Below, piece by piece: positions 47,601 through 57,621 of a stretch of 64,000 bases of DNA; the first letter of the stretch is position 1; each line of letters starts with the position of its first letter. Made by a program: the position numbers and the translations under genes. This DNA comes from a virus: positions 1 to 64,000 of the IMG/VR virus record IMGVR_UViG_3300009788_000005, one strand, 5' to 3'. Below the pieces are notes generated by a model. That model was not told the origin of the DNA. It ran no database searches and was given only the letters and a program-made list of their open reading frames with translations.

Positions 47601-49473
47601 CTTCAAGCTTCTCTAATTCCGTTAACTCCTTTACAGCCCCAGACCCAGAAGAAGCTAACGCAATAAGACCACCAACTAAAGCCCCTATACCTAAAGCTAA
47701 TCCCACAGGATTAAATAACTTAGTTGCTGCATTTAAGGCTATCTGGGCTACTGTCTGTAATTGTATCTTACCCGTCAATAACCCCGTAACTACATTTAAA
47801 GCTTTTGTGGCTGTTTCCTGTAATACCAGCAACTTAAACCCTATAGAGTAAGCCGCATTATTGGCTATAACAGAAAGTGTATTTAAGTTAAGGTTAAGCC
47901 TATTAGCTATTAAGCTGGCAGTATATACCCCTAATGCCGCCGATATAGCGCCAAACAAAGCAGGGAATTGCTGTATCAAATCTAACCCCCCACTAAGCAC
48001 CCTAATAAATGCCGTAAACCCCTGTACTACGGTGCGTATAGCAGGCTCTAAAGTATCAAATATATTTAAAGCAAAAGCCTCTGTAGCTGATGAGGCAGTA
48101 TCTAAATCTCCTCTTAAATCATCTCTAATAATTGCAGCCATTGCAGCAGCAGATCCGGCTGCATTTTCAAACTGAACCCCTAAATCTTCTATCTTATCAG
48201 CATTATCTATAAAAGTAGAAAAAGCTGCTACGGATCTTGTATCCGTTAATTCTAATACCTCTCCCAAACTTGCGCCCTCATCTCTTAGAGTCCTAAGTAC
48301 ACCTATTAATTTCTCAGAGGTATTTATATTAGTACCGAAAGTCTTAGATAACTCACTTGTAGGATCAGCCAATTTTAATAAAATATTCCGTAAAGAAGTT
48401 CCCGCCCTAGAACCTTCTATTCCTACATCAGCTAACCCGGCTAGTAAAGAAGTAACCCCTTCTAAAGAAAATCCTAAAGTTTTTGCTACAGGTGCTACTG
48501 TCTTTATAGACTCCCTGAAAGTCTCAAGATTCAAAGATGACTTAATAAAAGAAACAGCCAATACATCGGTAACCCTCCTAGTCTGATCAGCATCTAATCC
48601 AAAAGCACGTAAAGTCTTAACAGCTACCGTACCTGCCTCAGCCAAATCCTCACCTGTAGCAGTAGCTAAATCTAACGTAGCCGCTGTAGCCTCTAGTATC
48701 TCATCCTGCCTAAATCCTAACTTGGTTAACGATATTTGTAAATTACCTACCTGGGTAGTAGTAAACTCTGTAGCCGCCCCCAAACTACGAGCATCATTTA
48801 CAAGATTATCAATATCTCCCCCCTCATTAAGAGCCTTCAATGTTGATTGTATACGGGAAAAATCAGCCCCTAAATTTATGAGATTTCTAAACCCCCGGGT
48901 TACTTTAGATATTACAGCAGTAACCGCAAAAGCAGTTAAAAAGGTTTCTCCTACCTTCTTAAACGTGCTAATAATACCTTCCCCTATATTGGGGTAATTA
49001 CCTACATTTCTTTGGAATCTACCACTAGCTGCCTCTGCCTCAACAAGCTCATTATTTAATAGGGCTGACTGCTTAGATAATTCCTGAAACTCAGGATTAA
49101 CCTGACCCTTTACGGTTTGTGCCGTATTATCTAATTCCCTACGTACCCCTACTAGCCTATTCCTAAGATCATTAATACTACCAGCAGCAGCAGTACCCTG
49201 CCTTAATGACTTATTAAAATCTAATACCCTCTGTCTCCCTTGAGAGAATTGATTATTTAGATCCTTCTGTACTGAGGCTAATGTTTGAGTACCGTCTGTA
49301 GCCTCTCTTACTTCTTTATCTAAAGTATTATAAGCCTCGGTACCCTCAGCCGGTAGAGACAGTAGAAGTCGCTGTAGCTCCTTCTGATGAAACACTAATT
49401 CCTGTACGGATAAACTTGCTGTATCCGTACCAAGAACTTTTATAGTATATGTTAACGTCTGAGTCTTACCCAC
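44617..49473 (-). CDS. tail tape measure protein
   Basis: 1618 aa; FQRNVGNY; TP901-type core (TEFT..Q, LDLATATG, GSRAGTSLRN); helical repeats; GPRHSRGGIPIEVEGGE. Confidence 0.93.
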   Translation of the reverse strand: MGKTQTLTYTIKVLGTDTASLSVQELVFHQKELQRLLLSLPAEGTEAYNTLDKEVREATDGTQTLASVQKDLNNQFSQGRQRVLDFNKSLRQGTAAAGSINDLRNRLVGVRRELDNTAQTVKGQVNPEFQELSKQSALLNNELVEAEAASGRFQRNVGNYPNIGEGIISTFKKVGETFLTAFAVTAVISKVTRGFRNLINLGADFSRIQSTLKALNEGGDIDNLVNDARSLGAATEFTTTQVGNLQISLTKLGFRQDEILEATAATLDLATATGEDLAEAGTVAVKTLRAFGLDADQTRRVTDVLAVSFIKSSLNLETFRESIKTVAPVAKTLGFSLEGVTSLLAGLADVGIEGSRAGTSLRNILLKLADPTSELSKTFGTNINTSEKLIGVLRTLRDEGASLGEVLELTDTRSVAAFSTFIDNADKIEDLGVQFENAAGSAAAMAAIIRDDLRGDLDTASSATEAFALNIFDTLEPAIRTVVQGFTAFIRVLSGGLDLIQQFPALFGAISAALGVYTASLIANRLNLNLNTLSVIANNAAYSIGFKLLVLQETATKALNVVTGLLTGKIQLQTVAQIALNAATKLFNPVGLALGIGALVGGLIALASSGSGAVKELTELEKLEGRLGKRREEAEKQIGTEVAQVDLLFESLKNANEGSAERSNLIDAINDQYGEYLPNLLTESSNLKEIESAQLAVNLAIEANLIAKLKKQAIEEELGDVLKDQLQVSKELQEVTGLSGIQLRNSAKELDGLRDPIDALINRFAELSGRTDLVSDAAKGATISVRGLGGVFGDDVLGQGVKNTIGNFNDLRDALETQTLGIGTDIDAVNSEIARLGDIDQDTEITDIFVQSLNRSIKTVNELKNANVELSKNFTASQGVLNSYVGAVDDFENGLSDSQKASINLATSLSTQSREAFDAEVTAERLGSQWDDVSTQFGGAGKASFELAVQQRVTTNSTIVQQRELGLLTTSVGKSREILQQINQTYGSLTGVLTTNTKRIVSNTKADSKKADQLAKTLDSLNKRIAKERELSDVEEAGGRKSIEGLEVLRAQALGRLNIKLEGFEKERQALIQQGVDESTILQVTEEERALLFSKLNLEFDERVVKARGGAAQKRIEAESEALDLVLQERLKGIEAARLAELNAIDIAGQLTVDRIEDIEDEKFEIELEADKKRLDASLQFVEDQLKIVGLSAEETLKLEQERIAILLDIRDGEIDEVTKQEERKREEIEKTLEFQRQALDSLVNFAGSIREILEFGVDEEIALINERDARRQEGHENQLTQLEQEFAARERNILKQGLDAETEASLLASLNTQRNAQVAAENKRRADEEKRVAAAIKKAEQRREAAIAFEKKIQAIQAVIDNAQIIRNNIVTLSNNIKAVSEGAKIPFPGNIAAIISIIAAVAAGIASIRSLTASATSFELGGDTGLLFADGGPTPIRGRTSARSATRPPKRRKGYGGMHVGPRHSRGGIPIEVEGGEYENNRWSTELFYPLLSWMNHQGIRRKQGKPYGDMSSLFGMVKSSGSGVVANIPRVPVKAPKYKFQTGGAVPTGISEASTSVAFAELRRGFDNLGQDIQGVKDSVEKVITAIDEQELTLSLIEQKKQQLKLDRQVRKSEF

Positions 49474-49548
49474 TATATGCCTGTAAAAATTTTACACACC
49501 CCAACAGACATAAAAAGTACTAACTCTACTACTTCATATATATAAAAT

Positions 49549-49597
49549 AATTGTCTCCCTAAATTTACAAAAAAAATTCAAATTTAGGGAGACAATT
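49549..49597. repeat. 18-bp perfect inverted repeat (hairpin)
   Basis: AATTGTCTCCCTAAATTT, 13-nt loop, AAATTTAGGGAGACAATT. Confidence 0.85.
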
Positions 49598-49609
49598 TTA
49601 AACAGCTAT

Positions 49610-50671
49610 TTAATCAGTTATAACCACTATACTATTATACCTGTGACTATCACTAGTAACCATAAGTATATACATACCAGGATCTATATTATCAATAGGT
49701 ATAGAAGTACAGTTATGGCATCTATACTTAACTAAATTATCTGCGATACCATACAAAGTTACCTCATATATATTTAAACTAGTATCCGATATATTAAGAT
49801 TAGATCCCTGCCTGACCGGGTTAGGATATACTACTAAAGGATCAATAACTATTTCCTTCTCTGATCCCACAGTTATAGTAGTAACCATACCACATACCCC
49901 TTTTCTATCAGATATGCAAACATTATCTAAATAGTAATAGCTAATGTTCTTAGAACAGTAACTAGTAATACTATCCCCTGCCTCTATACTAAGTATAGCA
50001 CAAGTATCCACTAACATCTTAACACTAAAAGTATCATTCAAAAAATTACCTACAGAGAACCCTCTGAAGTCTTGATTTGTTATAAAACTATCTGACCACA
50101 TAACCCAGGTAGTATCTACTATAGGCTGCATGTAAGCTACGGTAAATAAATTATCAGTTAATGCAGGATTTATGAATTTATCCACATCATCCACTGATAA
50201 CTTTAATCCTAATCCTGTAGCATATCTTGAGGAGTCCGCAATAGCTACTCGTATACTAAAATAATACTTTACCCCGCTGTGTACATAAGCAGCAGTATCA
50301 TTTAAAAAGTCACCTGTTAGATGAGTCCGGGAATTTAAAGTAGTATCTCCATAAGCAATTATACCCGCATAAGATTCTACTACAGCAGCAGCCCAACTAA
50401 ATTGCATACTATCCGGGTACTGGAACCCAAAACTATTATAAGGTACTCCGGCTACAAACCCATCACACTGATGAAAATACTCAGGCCAAATATACATAAG
50501 ATCGGTGTTAGCCGCATCCCAATTAAATGACTTAATTATTTCATCATGATTGAAAGGACATAAACTCATTTGCTCAAAACTTGGATTCTTAACCAAATTT
50601 GTAGTTAATGATTGAGATACAGAAAAAAGGGGGATTGAAATTAGTAAAATTACCAGTAGTTTTTTTAACAT
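49610..50671 (-). CDS. secreted protein with T9SS type-A C-terminal sorting domain
   Basis: Signal peptide MLKKLLVILLISIPLFSVS|Q; NLVKNPSFE...YYYLDNVCI body; CTD VVYPNPV...PGMYILMV...IVVI. Confidence 0.85.
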   Translation of the reverse strand: MLKKLLVILLISIPLFSVSQSLTTNLVKNPSFEQMSLCPFNHDEIIKSFNWDAANTDLMYIWPEYFHQCDGFVAGVPYNSFGFQYPDSMQFSWAAAVVESYAGIIAYGDTTLNSRTHLTGDFLNDTAAYVHSGVKYYFSIRVAIADSSRYATGLGLKLSVDDVDKFINPALTDNLFTVAYMQPIVDTTWVMWSDSFITNQDFRGFSVGNFLNDTFSVKMLVDTCAILSIEAGDSITSYCSKNISYYYLDNVCISDRKGVCGMVTTITVGSEKEIVIDPLVVYPNPVRQGSNLNISDTSLNIYEVTLYGIADNLVKYRCHNCTSIPIDNIDPGMYILMVTSDSHRYNSIVVITD

Positions 50672-50704
50672 AATATAAATTTGAGTTTGAATTATTTACA
50701 CCGT

Positions 50705-52885
50705 TTATACTCCATCCCTCACTAAATAAAATTCACATAACGCTAATAAATCTTCAGGTTGCCAATCCTTAACCTCATTTAACAAATAAATACCCTCAGC
50801 TATTAGAGCAGTCCTAATAATCTTGAACGTAGTGAAATCTAAATTATGTATTTGAGACTCCGTTAGCGTACACCATATTTCTACCGACCTTCCTCTATCT
50901 AAAATACCTAACAAAAAAGCATAAGTATTACTTATTATGCCTGGAAAAACTGTTATTACTCCTAACTGTAAAGTGGGTCCTATCCTCCTATCTACTACAT
51001 CCCCATACGATACAGCAAACTCAGTATTATAATTATAATAATCTACCATATACGCATGAGGATAAAGATCCTCTACCCCAACTATCCCCGTACCAGGATC
51101 ATACTCCCACTTTAAAGGGGCAAAATATCCCGCATCAACCTCATCTATTAATCCCTCATAATAACATATTCTGGGAGCAAAATCATGAGATATTAACTCC
51201 TCTGGATTAGTAGTAGGAAAAGGGGGTTCTGGTACCGTTTTCCACATAGCTAGCCATTGAATTTGTGCAGGAGGTACACTTGTTTGATTAAGGTTGTGCC
51301 TATTTATATTCCATGTAGGAGAATATGTAGGATTAATACTTTCCTCCCTACATATATCTGACGGATCAAATATAGCCTCCCCCGAATATAACCCTTTACC
51401 TCCTAAATTCTCTTCTTCTATTATTTTTACAAAAGCATCACTACTATCCTTTTTAAAAGAGAAAACAAAATTTCTACACTTACCTTTATCTATTTCCTGT
51501 ACTATATCCCTACCACAATCTACCCTATCACTCCACTCCTCTTGTACTTGTGGTCTATAAAATTCTGTTGCCGTAGATACCGTAACTTCCTTAGAACTTT
51601 CATTAGTCTCCCAATATAAATTCTCCAGATGAGTAACCCCATCTAATATATTTTTAACAGTTAATTTAGGGTCCATAGTCTCACACAATTCTATAGTAGA
51701 TCCTATACCTTTAACCTTAGGATTTGTAGGTCTGAAATCCCAAATAGCTTTAAGTATACCTATTGTTATTTGATCACACGGAGGAGGACCTATTAAACAT
51801 TGATCATTAACCCACCTAAGTTTAACTATATCATCCTTAAACAATATAAGAGTAATACACAAATTTATACCCGAAATAGGTATATAAGGCGCTAATGTTA
51901 CTGAAATCGCATTTACTTCTATATGCAAAGATAAACATCCCGCTACTATTCCCTGTCCTGGGTCAACAGTAACACATATCTCCATCTCCGCATCTATAGG
52001 CTGTTCCCACTCTCTTATATTAATAAAGAATCCTCCATTATTTATATCAAATCTCATAAACTGCCCCTCACCCAAAACATCACACGAGTCATATAAATAA
52101 GGCCCTTGATGTACTGCCTGAGCAGTTAACTCAGTTTCCTGATCAAAAGTAAGATCCCAAGCACCACGAGTAAACATATGCATTAAACCCTTATACCTAT
52201 TAGAGTTTATATAATCTCCTTTAAGAGTATATCCTATTTCAGCAAAAGCAACCTGAAATATATGAGCTATATATACATGAGGACGTAAATCCTGTATGTT
52301 TACATTTATAGACCCATCTACAAACCACCCATAATGTACAGGGAAATATGCAGCCCCTATAAAAGTGTGATCAAAAACCACCCCCAATTTACCCTTTCTA
52401 TCCCAACTATTTCTAGTAGTGGTATCATCAAAAATATGAGATCCTAAAGGTAAATCGCAAGCAAATAATTTATCTAATAAAGATACCCACCTAAATCTAC
52501 CCCCGGTAAGATCACATTCATAAAATATAGTTCCTAGAGTTTCATTAGTTCTCATTTCTGTTACCTGCAATACTCCTACACTATAAAGTATATCTACCCC
52601 ATTAACCAATAACTGAGCATCTATATCTATATCAAGAATATTATTAGTAATAACATCTACCCTAAATACATACTGTAAAGCCTTATTAGTTCTAGGGGTA
52701 CCTGAAAGCTCTACATTTTTTGAAAAGTGATTTTTAGGTTTAGATATATCCGTAATATCATTTACAGAATATGATGAAGCTATATCAAGGGCTTTAAATA
52801 AATCAACCTCAAACCAATTTAACCCCCCACTAGGTCTTATCAACAAACATATAGTAGTTAGGGTAGCTGATCCTCCTTTACTCAT
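50705..52885 (-). CDS. tail protein (tail tip/hub-like)
   Basis: 726 aa; VNDITDISK...FSKNVELSGTPRTN N-terminus typical of Bacteroidota siphovirus tail proteins. Confidence 0.7.
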   Translation of the reverse strand: MSKGGSATLTTICLLIRPSGGLNWFEVDLFKALDIASSYSVNDITDISKPKNHFSKNVELSGTPRTNKALQYVFRVDVITNNILDIDIDAQLLVNGVDILYSVGVLQVTEMRTNETLGTIFYECDLTGGRFRWVSLLDKLFACDLPLGSHIFDDTTTRNSWDRKGKLGVVFDHTFIGAAYFPVHYGWFVDGSINVNIQDLRPHVYIAHIFQVAFAEIGYTLKGDYINSNRYKGLMHMFTRGAWDLTFDQETELTAQAVHQGPYLYDSCDVLGEGQFMRFDINNGGFFINIREWEQPIDAEMEICVTVDPGQGIVAGCLSLHIEVNAISVTLAPYIPISGINLCITLILFKDDIVKLRWVNDQCLIGPPPCDQITIGILKAIWDFRPTNPKVKGIGSTIELCETMDPKLTVKNILDGVTHLENLYWETNESSKEVTVSTATEFYRPQVQEEWSDRVDCGRDIVQEIDKGKCRNFVFSFKKDSSDAFVKIIEEENLGGKGLYSGEAIFDPSDICREESINPTYSPTWNINRHNLNQTSVPPAQIQWLAMWKTVPEPPFPTTNPEELISHDFAPRICYYEGLIDEVDAGYFAPLKWEYDPGTGIVGVEDLYPHAYMVDYYNYNTEFAVSYGDVVDRRIGPTLQLGVITVFPGIISNTYAFLLGILDRGRSVEIWCTLTESQIHNLDFTTFKIIRTALIAEGIYLLNEVKDWQPEDLLALCEFYLVRDGV

Positions 52886-52906
52886 GACTGTAAAAATTTT
52901 ACACCT

Positions 52907-53341
52907 CTATCTTATAGTGGTTTTACGTTTCTTTTCTTCTACTGTAACACTAACATTACCTATAGGCTTAATCCCTATTTGTTTTATACTAACATACACA
53001 TCATACACAATAGTAACCACTGCACACAAATAAAGCGAATAGAGCGTAGATACTATTAAAGCTATAGCTATGTACCACCCAGAGAAAGATAGCATCACAC
53101 AAGCCACGATACACCCCCCTAAAGCAGGAATACCTCCCCATATAGATACCATACATTTATAGCAGGTTAAAAAGGGCTTAGCCCAATAGGTACCCAACCT
53201 ACTCTCAAACCATAACCTAACCCCACTTAAAATAAACATCCTCCCCCTATCATCTTTATGATTAGCGGCAATAAAAGCCCCTATAATAATAAAGGCATTA
53301 ATAAACGATATCAAAATAAAACACAAAATATACTCAACCAT
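52907..53341 (-). CDS. membrane protein (three hydrophobic segments, CxxCxxxW)
   Basis: KPFLTCYKCMVSIWG between hydrophobic helices. Confidence 0.65.
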   Translation of the reverse strand: MVEYILCFILISFINAFIIIGAFIAANHKDDRGRMFILSGVRLWFESRLGTYWAKPFLTCYKCMVSIWGGIPALGGCIVACVMLSFSGWYIAIALIVSTLYSLYLCAVVTIVYDVYVSIKQIGIKPIGNVSVTVEEKKRKTTIR

Positions 53342-53351
53342 AATACACCTC

Positions 53352-54929
53352 TCACAAATTAGTTATTGATTTCTTTATAGAAACAGGTTTATATCTGATA
53401 GGTATCTGTACTACCTTATTTGATGCACTTGATACCAATACTTGCTCATCACCCAACACCACTACGGGAATGAGATCGTTATCATCACCTTTAACCATAT
53501 ACACCTCTGGGCTAGAAAAGAAATCAACTAATCTTTCCCTGGTATAATCAGTATTTGGTAACCTATGAGTATATATTCTAAACTCTTCCTCATAAGTCTT
53601 ATTATATATTAATGTTCCTCCAGGAGGACTAAAACAAGACTCACACCCATAAAAATCCTGAGCTGTTATATCCATCTTAAAAAAAGATTCACAGGTACCC
53701 TCCAATATATCCCACCTACCAAACTTATTTAAGTAATAAAATACGGATCTACAATCACAACACTCTCTCTCTTTCCTGCTTCTATAGTTAATTATGATAA
53801 TCTGAAAATTTCTCCCCATATCATCACCAAAATTAACAGAAGCTATACCTTCATAGTGATCTAATATAGTTTCTGACTGATCGGCTATACCAGTTATATT
53901 CATACACAATATACCGTCCCTGGTTAGTACAATATTCTCAACATAAATAGAAGCTCCTCCACCCTGAGAAGGAAAAGTAGTAACCTGTAAAGTCCATGTT
54001 ACCGGAGTAACCGTATCTCCTGCAACATGTGCATACAATAAAAACTCTGTACCCGCACAAAAAGTAAGCTGATCAGTATCTATTACATGTAAAAATTTTG
54101 CATCTACATTATTAAAATATGAGTGATCAAATAAAGCTACTCCAGGTGCATCCTTATCAGCACACAAAGCATTAGTAAATGAGTACGAATCATCTGATAC
54201 CTCAAATATACCCACACCATTTGTATCCTCTACTGCAAACCTAAAAAACATTAAGGCTAATGTTTGATACTGTATTTCCAAAAAAGGAGGTACCAGCGTA
54301 CCCAGTACAGGAATAGGACTTTTTATTACGTCCCGTATAAACTGATCTACCGGTATACATACCTCTAATTCAGGATCACCCGTAAATTTATCAGTAGTAA
54401 GTTTAGGTATAGCAATAATATTATCTATCAAACAAAACTCGAACCCTGATAAACTAATATTAATATGCAACTGTACTAATATCTTATAAGGAGATTTAAC
54501 CTCAATATCTACCCCAGGAGTTAAAGACATTACAAATAAAGGCGAAGTTTCCTGAGCATAAACTATATCAAATTCTGATCCGGGTCTATTGGCAAATATA
54601 AATATTACAGATATTATAGGAAGTATTAAATAATTAGCCGGAGTAGCAAACTGTAATGAAGATATTGCAGCAGCCGTATTATTTAAGGTAGCAGTTACAC
54701 TTCCTCCTATTAAAATATCAAATACTCCTACAGGAACAGTCCTATACGTAAATTGGACTCCATCTATAGAAAAAGTGTCTCCGTCTAAAGGTTGTACTAC
54801 TAAAGCTAATTGTATTGCCCATCTTCCTCCAGGATTAACAATATAATCCGTATCCTCAAAGCATATACAAAACTTACAATGGGCAGGATATAAAGTATCC
54901 TCCTCTATAGGCAAATGTGTTAAGGACAT
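53352..54929 (-). CDS. tail/structural protein (distal tail-like)
   Basis: 525 aa; C-terminal YLNKFGRWD...FFSSPEVYM motif. Confidence 0.65.
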   Translation of the reverse strand: MSLTHLPIEEDTLYPAHCKFCICFEDTDYIVNPGGRWAIQLALVVQPLDGDTFSIDGVQFTYRTVPVGVFDILIGGSVTATLNNTAAAISSLQFATPANYLILPIISVIFIFANRPGSEFDIVYAQETSPLFVMSLTPGVDIEVKSPYKILVQLHINISLSGFEFCLIDNIIAIPKLTTDKFTGDPELEVCIPVDQFIRDVIKSPIPVLGTLVPPFLEIQYQTLALMFFRFAVEDTNGVGIFEVSDDSYSFTNALCADKDAPGVALFDHSYFNNVDAKFLHVIDTDQLTFCAGTEFLLYAHVAGDTVTPVTWTLQVTTFPSQGGGASIYVENIVLTRDGILCMNITGIADQSETILDHYEGIASVNFGDDMGRNFQIIIINYRSRKERECCDCRSVFYYLNKFGRWDILEGTCESFFKMDITAQDFYGCESCFSPPGGTLIYNKTYEEEFRIYTHRLPNTDYTRERLVDFFSSPEVYMVKGDDNDLIPVVVLGDEQVLVSSASNKVVQIPIRYKPVSIKKSITNL

Positions 54930-55132
54930 ACTCCCTCAATAAATTCCTGGGTAAAAGTGAAAGTGCTATCTGCTAATAACGTTTGATCCCCCCCACCACA
55001 AGTTACTATTATATCTATCTTTAACGTAACCTCACTACCCTCTACTACTATACCATTTTGATTAACTACCCTAGCACCATTAAAAACAGTCTCAAAATCT
55101 TCAGGAGATAACGTCAATTCTTCTACAGCCAT
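54920..55132 (-). CDS. hypothetical structural-module protein
   Basis: 70-aa ORF preceded by TATATTTG. Confidence 0.6.
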   Translation of the reverse strand: MAVEELTLSPEDFETVFNGARVVNQNGIVVEGSEVTLKIDIIVTCGGGDQTLLADSTFTFTQEFIEGVCP

Positions 55133-55159
55133 AGCAACACAAATATAGATAATTTTTAC

Positions 55160-55618
55160 CTAATTGCCCTCAATACTTGTAAGCATCCTTAGTACCTCAT
55201 CTCCTATCCCTAACCTGTCTACCTCTACATCTAATATCCGGGTTATAATTACCTCTGATTCCCTAATTAAATTTATAGGGCGTCTCGGATTTATAGCTAT
55301 AGATCGTGCTAACAAAAAATCAGGAATAGACAAACCTTTAGCTCTCTTCCACTCAGCCAAAGGCTTAACCAACTTAAACCTACCTCCCACTCTTCTTACA
55401 GGGAACTTAGTATTAGCTCTCTTGCCTCGTTGAATAAACAAATAACCCCCACCCGTAAATACATCAAAAGTTATAATGTTTGAAGATACGGTAGTAACTA
55501 CCTGTATAGAATTGAAAGTAGTTTTGGTAACTACCTTCCTATGCCTTACTAAAGGAGCCTGGAAAGCCTTCTTTATAAGTCCTGCCAAACGTATTACCCT
55601 ACCTTGATCTACTGCCAT
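55160..55618 (-). CDS. putative neck/tail completion protein
   Basis: Basic protein; FIQRGKRA..KFP...EWKRAKGL...FLLARSIA. Confidence 0.55.
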   Translation of the reverse strand: MAVDQGRVIRLAGLIKKAFQAPLVRHRKVVTKTTFNSIQVVTTVSSNIITFDVFTGGGYLFIQRGKRANTKFPVRRVGGRFKLVKPLAEWKRAKGLSIPDFLLARSIAINPRRPINLIRESEVIITRILDVEVDRLGIGDEVLRMLTSIEGN

Positions 55619-55814
55619 AAGGTGTAAAAATTTTACAGGTCTATTTACTATCTCCCAAATTTACCTTTTCAAGATACTTACTGCAAGTAACCTTAGATAA
55701 ATTAGTAGTAGCTACAACTACCTCCTCCTTACCGCAAGCTACAAACCAAGTCCCCTCACCATCTGACTCATTAGGTGAGGTATCTATTATTTTATAATGT
55801 TTAACAAACATACT

Positions 55815-56408
55815 TTAATTTTTAGGTTGATTAACTGCATCCCAACTAGACCCAGGATCTGCCGGATCAAACCTACTACAACATAACTCTGAATGTGTAC
55901 CTACAAATACTATAGTCATTATCACATTTACAAGCCTATATATTCTCTTCCTATTTGTATCATCAGAATCCTCATTAGTATCAGGATCATACTCTACTAT
56001 TATAGTAGCTTCTCCCTCCTGGTTAAAATCATATATTCCTATAGGATCTCCTGGTTTCTTTTTCTTTCCCGTCAACCACTGAGCTATCTCTAGCAAGTCT
56101 ATCTGAAACCCTCGGGCAGATCGTAACGCCTTCAAATAAAACTCCCCCTCAGTATTACAATTATCCAGCTCGGGCTCAGGAAAAGCTATAGCTACTATAA
56201 GCTCAACCCGTAATATATCCTCCTCAAACCCTAGAACTGAACTTATAGCAGTTATGACAGGAAACTTAACATCCTCATCAAAAGCTATTTTATCTATGGA
56301 TTTTATAGGTATAAATTGTAACTCATTGTTTTGCAAATGACTGCTATCTATTATATCCCTAACAGCATACTCTAAAGGATCTTGTATTAACTCTATAGAT
56401 TCTGTCAT
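55815..56408 (-). CDS. putative tail terminator protein
   Basis: Acidic 197-aa protein between chaperone and neck gene; KFPVI motif. Confidence 0.4.
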   Translation of the reverse strand: MTESIELIQDPLEYAVRDIIDSSHLQNNELQFIPIKSIDKIAFDEDVKFPVITAISSVLGFEEDILRVELIVAIAFPEPELDNCNTEGEFYLKALRSARGFQIDLLEIAQWLTGKKKKPGDPIGIYDFNQEGEATIIVEYDPDTNEDSDDTNRKRIYRLVNVIMTIVFVGTHSELCCSRFDPADPGSSWDAVNQPKN

Positions 56409-57621
56409 TACTTTTTAGTTTTGGTCCTAGCCTCTTCCTCTGCTTCTTTTCTCATTCTAATATGTTCCTTATTTACCATAGTACCGTGCTGATTCATATA
56501 CCTAAGATAATTAAAAACTTTATAAGTAGGTAATGCCATTATCTTCTCTTCCGTATCTGGCGTATAACTGGCAGGTATAAGACTTTCTCTGAGTACTCCC
56601 ATCCAATCCCAAACTTTATAAAAGGCTAATCTTTCGGGGCTTACCGGCTTGCCTATATCCTCTTGTGACTCAAATACATCTAAGTATTTAGTGTCAAGAG
56701 CTTCCGTGCCTGTATAAAAAAATTTATTATAGCCTTAGCCTTATCAAGGGATAACGTCTTAAAATACTTAGCTCTAAGTCCTGCCAAGTTCTCATTATAC
56801 TTTTCACCCTGAGGTACACAAATATGAGATATTAATTTATGAGCATTACCAAATATATTCTTCTTAAACTCAGCAGCATAACCTGCAATAAGTTTAGCCC
56901 TCTCATTCTTCTCTTTCATATCAGTCATACTATCCCAATCCATCTTCTCCACCCACTCCATATACTTATCCTCGTCTATATCTTCTGCCGCCATTTTATC
57001 TTTTAAAGCCTGAGGTATAGAGGGAGATTGTTTCCTGATAAAATCAGTATTCATCCTACTTGCGAAATCTACCTCTGCTACCGGCACCAATACAAAAAAT
57101 CCTTTTTCTAATTTATTAATCTTAGACCTTATCCTCCTCCGTTTAATAATCTCCCACACCTTAACCTTAGCTAACTCATTCTTCAATATCTCTATGTCTG
57201 GAGCCATTGATTCTGAATGATAGAAATGTATTATAGGATCTACAGCCTGAACAGAGACTATAGAAATAGATTCCTTTAATACAAATAGATTAGGTACCGG
57301 TACTCTTCCTAAGACATCATGCTCAGATTGAGGTAAGACAAACCTTAGTTGGTTAGATACAATATCTATAAGCTGTAAATTCAACTCAGCTATATCTAAC
57401 TCTATATTTGAACTCATTACACTCATCCCTGCACCGTCCTCAGTAACCATACTTAATTGTAACTCCAAATCATCAAACCTGGATTTAACTTCTACCTCAT
57501 CAGGTAGCAAAGATGTAAACCCCTGGAAACCTCCTAAAGTTAAATCGCAATCTTCTGTAGGTATATTAAGATACTCAGACCCGGCAGATGTTTCTATAGT
57601 TAATTTCTCCATATCACTCAT
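56408..57621 (-). CDS. tail assembly chaperone pair (G at 56680..57621; GT via -1 frameshift, ending 56408)
   Basis: Slippery A-AAT-TTT-TTT at 56716-56725; the -1 frame is open (YTGTEALDTKYLDVF...FYKVWDW) into ORF 56408..56602. Confidence 0.75.
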
